This document shows, piece after piece, positions 59,513-64,000 of a stretch of 64,000 nucleotides of DNA. Within the stretch, counting starts at the first letter, position 1. Each line of letters begins with the position of its first letter. This DNA is from an uncultured virus (IMG/VR IMGVR_UViG_3300023179_000081). Lineage: Duplodnaviria; Heunggongvirae; Uroviricota; Caudoviricetes. Location: the IMG/VR virus record IMGVR_UViG_3300023179_000081. The stretch is one strand, 5' to 3'. The notes under the pieces are model-generated. The model was not told the DNA's origin. It did not search any database and was given only the letters and a program-made list of their open reading frames with translations. Both the position numbers and the translations under genes were made by a program.

Positions 59513-59550
59513 GTGATTATTATACCTTGTTCGCTTGAGAGTTGGAAAAT

Positions 59551-59865
59551 CTAAGCGTTCCAGCGGGCGTTACGCAGTGATTCGATCACGGTGCGTTGGC
59601 TTACTGAATCGTTCCAATCTGCCAAACTTTCTGATCCATATCTTCGGCCCAGTGCCGCTTTATAAAGATCATAATCAAACTTTTCAGTGTTCATATCATG
59701 CACTGCTCGCATAATTGCTCCCTGAATACACCATGATTTTGCATCTGGACTAAGAGCCCAGCAAGGTCGCTGGAGCCAATCTCGCGCGTTTGTGAGCTTG
59801 CAATGGCCAATAGTGACAAGTTCTTCAGCACGACGATAAACTTCTGCTAGTTTAGGATTTCTCAT
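59551..59865 (-). CDS. DUF6197-like protein
   Basis: SWCIQGAI...WND...Q..VI..L. Confidence 0.55.
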   Translation of the reverse strand: MRNPKLAEVYRRAEELVTIGHCKLTNARDWLQRPCWALSPDAKSWCIQGAIMRAVHDMNTEKFDYDLYKAALGRRYGSESLADWNDSVSQRTVIESLRNARWNA

Positions 59866-60182
59866 GGTTCGTTCCAGAAACGCAAATCAGTTTCATAATA
59901 ACCGCCATAACCACAAGTGTCACAACCATCAACATCATCACGCCCAGTTTCTGCACCCTGGTTCACGCCAAGAATCTTAGCGATTTCTAGGTATGCTGTT
60001 AGCGTCGAATATGATCCGTGGAACGAGACATAATCACTACCACCGCGAACAGTAATGTGATATCCGTCGTCTCGCGTTTGAATCGAAAATGTGCCACGCT
60101 CGCCAAGCCAAAAAACTTTCTTGATCGCTTCAATCTGTTCTTCGGTTGGTTTACTGTAGGTTTTCTTCGCAGGTTTGCTCAT
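59862..60182 (-). CDS. hypothetical protein (GCDTCGYG)
   Basis: Start corrected (MSKPAK). Confidence 0.65.
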   Translation of the reverse strand: MSKPAKKTYSKPTEEQIEAIKKVFWLGERGTFSIQTRDDGYHITVRGGSDYVSFHGSYSTLTAYLEIAKILGVNQGAETGRDDVDGCDTCGYGGYYETDLRFWNEP

Positions 60183-60189
60183 GTTTTTA

Positions 60190-60795
60190 TTATACCCGTG
60201 CTGCCTGAGTGTTGGAAAGGGCCACATCTCTTACCCATAGAGGAAGATCATTCTTTGCCCAGGTAGAAAGAACAAATACCGCGACAACGACAGCGCACTT
60301 AATCGTTGGGAGAACAACCGTGCCACTAACATTGAAATCAAACGAACTTCGTTGCCGCCGCTGCAAAAATAGATCGGCTGGTCTATTATAATCAATTCTA
60401 GGCTTCAGAAGATTCATATGAGTGAACATTGCGCTATCACCAAATTCAGATAACAAGCGAGTGTGGCCGTAGTAATTATGCCAACCTGCCAACAGGTCAG
60501 CAATCTCATTATTGTCTCGAAGTTCTGGATTCTCAATCTCTGAGAAAATAAGATCGGCAAGTTGCTTTGCTTCGGCAGCAGAAGATACACAAATGTTTCC
60601 GCACAAACACCTAGGCATTGGCTCCGATTGCTGATATGGAGCTTCAATGTTTAATCGAACAGGTTGCAATGGCTCTTGTCCAATATAAAACCGATATCCA
60701 TTGGAAGTTTGGATGGTCATCTTATCTTTAAAGATGCGTTGCCAGCCATCAAAATTGTGTGATTTAGTCCATTCGGGCAGCTCTGAGTTGTGCAT
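60190..60795 (-). CDS. hypothetical cassette protein
   Basis: Start corrected; ends in the next element. Confidence 0.65.
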   Translation of the reverse strand: MHNSELPEWTKSHNFDGWQRIFKDKMTIQTSNGYRFYIGQEPLQPVRLNIEAPYQQSEPMPRCLCGNICVSSAAEAKQLADLIFSEIENPELRDNNEIADLLAGWHNYYGHTRLLSEFGDSAMFTHMNLLKPRIDYNRPADLFLQRRQRSSFDFNVSGTVVLPTIKCAVVVAVFVLSTWAKNDLPLWVRDVALSNTQAARV

Positions 60796-60880
60796 GCGTT
60801 TATTATACCCACGTGGTCTGAGTGTTGGAAATTGTGGAGAGAAGATTTCGGAAACTTCCTCCACAATTTCGATTTAGTGA

Positions 60881-61126
60881 TTAGGTTCGAGGATCGTAAT
60901 ACTCTTCGAAGTATTGAGGTTGCCGAGGCACAATTACATCAACTGATTCTAGTGACTCCAATAGCAACTCTGAAGCTTCATCCAAATCCTTCAGGGCGAG
61001 CAATCGAGTTTCACCGTATCCAGCAGTGGTGCGCCTAAGCGCTGGATAGAACGCCATGTATCCGCCACCGTCGGATACTGGTAGTCGTTGAATATTAATG
61101 TCTAAACTTGCAAGATCAATCTTCAT
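60881..61126 (-). CDS. HicB-like antitoxin domain protein (orphan)
   Basis: DGGGYMAFYPAL...GYGET...ALKDLDEA..LLLE matches the HicB N-terminal pattern. Confidence 0.65.
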   Translation of the reverse strand: MKIDLASLDINIQRLPVSDGGGYMAFYPALRRTTAGYGETRLLALKDLDEASELLLESLESVDVIVPRQPQYFEEYYDPRT

Positions 61127-61129
61127 TTT

Positions 61130-61675
61130 TTACTCCATTTCCCAATCACGACCATCTACACCCGAGTCTTCCCAGAAATCGTCGTCATCGTCATAGCCCT
61201 CGTCCTCATTTTTATCGCCGATGAACTCAATGGTAAACTTTACAAGTTCACCATCCACAAAATACCCATCTCCAGAATATACACCGTCGCCAAAGCCTGT
61301 GCTAGATACAAATCCATAAGTATTTACTACACCGCACATTGTTTCTTGGAGGGTGATATCGCAACAATCTCGATAAAATCCAGGCGTTTCATAATCTCCG
61401 CCATCCTCATAGATTTCAGTGTCAAAGATTCCAAACTGACCAGAGTCCACAGGAAATTCACCTAGCGACTTAAACTCGGCGCTCTTTATAAAGCAATAGT
61501 CTTTGTGGAGGATTGTTAGTTGCCGCACTCTAGTATAATAGCCTTCATCGCAGCGCACATATTCAACGATTACATTCCATTCTCCATTTTTGGCCGGAGT
61601 CGTCATGTCGGCATCGTAACATGGGTCGGTCAGGTAAACCTGACCGGACTTGATCTCAAAAGTGTGATTTGTCAT
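61130..61675 (-). CDS. DUF4241-like protein
   Basis: SGQVYLTDPCY...VDSGQFGIFD...STGFGDGVY. Confidence 0.65.
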   Translation of the reverse strand: MTNHTFEIKSGQVYLTDPCYDADMTTPAKNGEWNVIVEYVRCDEGYYTRVRQLTILHKDYCFIKSAEFKSLGEFPVDSGQFGIFDTEIYEDGGDYETPGFYRDCCDITLQETMCGVVNTYGFVSSTGFGDGVYSGDGYFVDGELVKFTIEFIGDKNEDEGYDDDDDFWEDSGVDGRDWEME

Positions 61676-61713
61676 CGTTTTTATTATACCTTTAGATTGT
61701 GAGGGTGAGAAAC

Positions 61714-62790
61714 TTACTCACCCGTATTGATAAGAAACTTATTGGAGATAGCCTTGAAAGACATGCGTCGGCCATTTAAAACTTCTTCTCGTTCGGGCCT
61801 CCAAACTAACCCTTCTCGCTCAACCTTTGGATTGAGAATCGACTTACCTTCTGCCATTTTAAGGATTTCGTCCACAGTGGTACTAGAATTAATCTTACCC
61901 CAAGTAACCCACGGAACCCATTTCAGGCCAAGGTTCTCAACGTAACCTTTCGCTGTGTTATTATCTAAATATCTACCGGATTTAATATGGTAAACATTAA
62001 ATACATAGAGTTCGGTTTGTGTCAAATCGTACATATTCTTTTGAATACCTGGGCCAATTAATTCACCCTGGATACAAACACCCTCTTCTAGCTTGTTAGG
62101 AAGGTCATATCGCCGCGCGATCTCCCAGAAGGCGTTCCCTTCAGTTTCCTTTAGGTCCAGATTTCGGCTACACACGCCAAAGTATCCATCTTGACGGTAG
62201 AAAGTGGCTGAACTGCCATTCAATTTTTCGTTTAATACAAACAAAGTGTTATACATGGCAGGAAAATATTGTGACAAATTCTGGACTCGCTCCTCATCGG
62301 TCTTGATAAGAAAGCCTGGAAAATCGCCACGTGCTTGGCCAGCAAGTTGCGCAGGAATTTCTCGCTCCCACTTCAGGACACCCAAATCCCAGGTAACATC
62401 TTTCCCAATGCAATCATCATTAATTAAGACCTCACGAATTCCATCCTGAAGATCAGTGTAGTATTCATCAGAGCCATCCTGATAATAAGTCGGAATAGAA
62501 GAAAGAGGGCAAATCAAACCCTGGCTAATCTGTTTTCTGAGCGAAATCGTCTGCAATCGCTCTCCAGCAACACCCTGGTAAACACGTGGCTCCTTACCCT
62601 TAGAAAGAAATGGAGCGATGCTGTGCGGTACCCAAGAGTCAATCTCAAGATACACAATCTTTTGGCCGACGCTATAAATTCCCTTCTGAATTACGGCCTT
62701 CCATCCGTTTACAGTGGCGACCTCGATGGCATCCGCTCCATCAATCGGCTGAATGTCTTTGATGACTTGAATCGTTGCTAACTTTCTCAT
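61714..62790 (-). CDS. RNA ligase, DRB0094/Rnl2-like family
   Basis: MRKLATIQ...ADAIE, KTDEERVQN, EKLNGSS (motif I), QGELIGPGIQKN, REGLV, SFKAISNKFL. Confidence 0.9.
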   Translation of the reverse strand: MRKLATIQVIKDIQPIDGADAIEVATVNGWKAVIQKGIYSVGQKIVYLEIDSWVPHSIAPFLSKGKEPRVYQGVAGERLQTISLRKQISQGLICPLSSIPTYYQDGSDEYYTDLQDGIREVLINDDCIGKDVTWDLGVLKWEREIPAQLAGQARGDFPGFLIKTDEERVQNLSQYFPAMYNTLFVLNEKLNGSSATFYRQDGYFGVCSRNLDLKETEGNAFWEIARRYDLPNKLEEGVCIQGELIGPGIQKNMYDLTQTELYVFNVYHIKSGRYLDNNTAKGYVENLGLKWVPWVTWGKINSSTTVDEILKMAEGKSILNPKVEREGLVWRPEREEVLNGRRMSFKAISNKFLINTGE

Positions 62791-62829
62791 TGTGTTTATT
62801 ATACCTTCAGATCGTGAGGGTTGGAAAAA

Positions 62830-63393
62830 CTAAGCCATATCAAGCTTCCGAAGCATTTCTTGCAAAGAAATCAAATCGTCTGGATTTAATTCGTCAAAGC
62901 TGTAAGCCCTGACGAGTTTAACTGGATGATGATCTTCAACGCCACAATCGCTATCGAGAAAGAAAAACCGGTCTTGCTCGGTTAATGGCGTTGTATTATT
63001 GCCCTTATAAACCTCAAAAGTTTCTTGATCAAGATCAATAACGTAGCACCATTCACAAAATAGTGAATCTGCTGCGAACTGCTCGTCGTCTTGAACTGGC
63101 AAGATTTCGTCACCTTCATATTCGTCAAGGTATCGAAGTAATTCAGCGCCGTGAAGCTTGTAGGATAGCCAAGGATATTTTTCGTGCCAATCTGGAGTGG
63201 ATTGCAAAAGTAAATCATCTTCAGATGCAAAACGTACCTTCGACATCAATTCTCGAATCCGCTTTGCGCCAGCATGCTTAATGAATGTTGCAAGATCAAA
63301 TCCTAGTCCGGTCAGGTAGCCGTCGCTATTCCCATACTTAGACAGCCTAGTTAGGCCGTCAAACTTAACAATTGTGAGGTTTCGTGTTCCCAT
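62830..63393 (-). CDS. conserved-looking phage protein (MGTRNL...DGY...EWCYVIDLD)
   Basis: Start corrected to the ATG after element 63399. Confidence 0.7.
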   Translation of the reverse strand: MGTRNLTIVKFDGLTRLSKYGNSDGYLTGLGFDLATFIKHAGAKRIRELMSKVRFASEDDLLLQSTPDWHEKYPWLSYKLHGAELLRYLDEYEGDEILPVQDDEQFAADSLFCEWCYVIDLDQETFEVYKGNNTTPLTEQDRFFFLDSDCGVEDHHPVKLVRAYSFDELNPDDLISLQEMLRKLDMA

Positions 63394-63439
63394 GGTGTTT
63401 ATTATACCTTTAGATCGTGAGGGTTGGAAAATCGCGCGA

Positions 63440-63955
63440 TTAGAGGCTCTTGATCTGAGTCTCTTCGAATGTAATTCGTCGGTAGCGCCCAAGCTGATGT
63501 GGCAGAACCTTTGTTCCAGGACGATCTGTGGTAGCCCAAGCTCCATTATAATATTCGTCTGTTGGTTCAATAGATTGACCAACTTCAGGATACAAATAGT
63601 TGATATTCAAATAGCCAATAGAATCCACATTAACACTGATTGGTCTCATATAATTGTGAGAACATTTCTCTTCAATCTTTGTACCAAACCTATATGCAGC
63701 AACGTCAAAAAGATCGACTTGGCCGTTCATTTTAGTAAAATACACGTCTCCCGGCAATAGCATATCTCCGGCGCGAAGTTCAATCCAATTATTTTTAATC
63801 TCTCGTGGAATTTCATACCAAACACAATGCTCAAAACATGCGTGTTGATTTCTGTCGGTATGTGAGTGTGTGCTGTAAGACTTAACGACGATAGAGCAAA
63901 GATGAAGCACTCCAAGAAAAGCATTTAGTGTCTCTTCTTTCTGAAACCTGGCCAT
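63440..63955 (-). CDS. hypothetical protein
   Basis: ORF track. Confidence 0.5.
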   Translation of the reverse strand: MARFQKEETLNAFLGVLHLCSIVVKSYSTHSHTDRNQHACFEHCVWYEIPREIKNNWIELRAGDMLLPGDVYFTKMNGQVDLFDVAAYRFGTKIEEKCSHNYMRPISVNVDSIGYLNINYLYPEVGQSIEPTDEYYNGAWATTDRPGTKVLPHQLGRYRRITFEETQIKSL

Positions 63956-64000
63956 CTTTAGGCCAAAAACATTTTCATCCTGATCAATCGAGTGTCGAGT

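Larger units (their letters stand above)
24971..63431 (-). promoter_or_regulatory. dispersed ~35-bp promoter element, ~77 co-oriented copies heading most genes
   Basis: Plus-strand pattern ttattatacc-N9-tgag(g/t)gt(t/g)(g/a)gaaaa, e.g. at 24973, 25865, 26411, 26702, 28923, 33262, 37564, 40853, 45689, 48030, 52562, 57910, 61681, 63399. On the minus strand it reads TTCYMA-17 nt-TATAAT-6/7 nt-ATG. Confidence 0.9.

Noticed and set aside
24971..63431. Repeat array as a CRISPR array
   Set aside because: Intervals are about 60-2300 bp and contain genes, the repeats have a variable core and promoter geometry, and no cas operon is present.
24971..63431. Element as a classical integron attC site
   Set aside because: It is not palindromic, has no RYYYAAC/GTTRRRY boxes, and there is no intI in the window. 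Only the architecture is analogous.
26737..63582. ORF-track N-terminal extensions such as FPTL...GYNK.M or ...GII.TM
   Set aside because: These are translations of the promoter element; true starts are the ATG/GTG just after TATAATAA.
25058..63760. Plus-strand ORFs across the array (except 45765..45995)
   Set aside because: They are antisense shadows of minus-strand cassette genes, with no motifs or start signals.
1..64000. Alternative genetic code (stop reassignment)
   Set aside because: TAA, TAG and TGA all end conserved genes at expected positions (rpsU TAA, SOD TAG, ardC TGA), and code 11 gives dense coding.

Overview
This window looks like 64 kb of a large (jumbo-type) bacteriophage genome in two distinct parts. 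The left part (1 to ~24.0 kb) is AT-rich with genes on both strands. It holds an SbcC/gp46-like ATPase (partial), a RusA-like resolvase, a PD-(D/E)XK nuclease, a GMP reductase/IMPDH-like enzyme, a HAD hydrolase, ribosomal protein bS21 (missed by the ORF track), a glycosyltransferase, an Fe/Mn SOD, Hsp20 and a metallophosphoesterase. It also holds several paralogous large proteins that share short terminal motifs (MWYRFA..., K-x-[AS]-Q, L-A-x-x-L-D-x-x-x-x-Y-x-x-[AS]-D). The right part (~24.8 to 64 kb) is a co-oriented minus-strand array of roughly 100 short genes. About 77 units (manual count) begin with the same ~35-bp element, TTTTC(C/T)(A/C)AC(C/A)CTCA-N9-GGTATAATAA-N4/5-ATG, which reads as a promoter with a mostly leaderless start. 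Neighbouring copies often share an identical variable spacer, some genes borrow their stop codon from the next element, and there are empty and dead units. The region therefore looks like an expandable promoter-gene cassette array. Its cargo includes ArdC, an RNA ligase, HicB-like, ADP-ribosyltransferase-like, HhH glycosylase and GP88-like proteins, tRNA-Leu(UAA) and many paralogue families. Two inverted CACAAT-repeat arrays (24.25-24.72 kb and 46.0-46.33 kb) bracket the first ~22 kb of the array and are candidate terminal-repeat, packaging or origin sites. Several duplicated structured non-coding elements and two IS200/IS605-like end remnants are also present. All calls come from manual reading and motif recognition with no database searches, and the host cannot be determined from this window.
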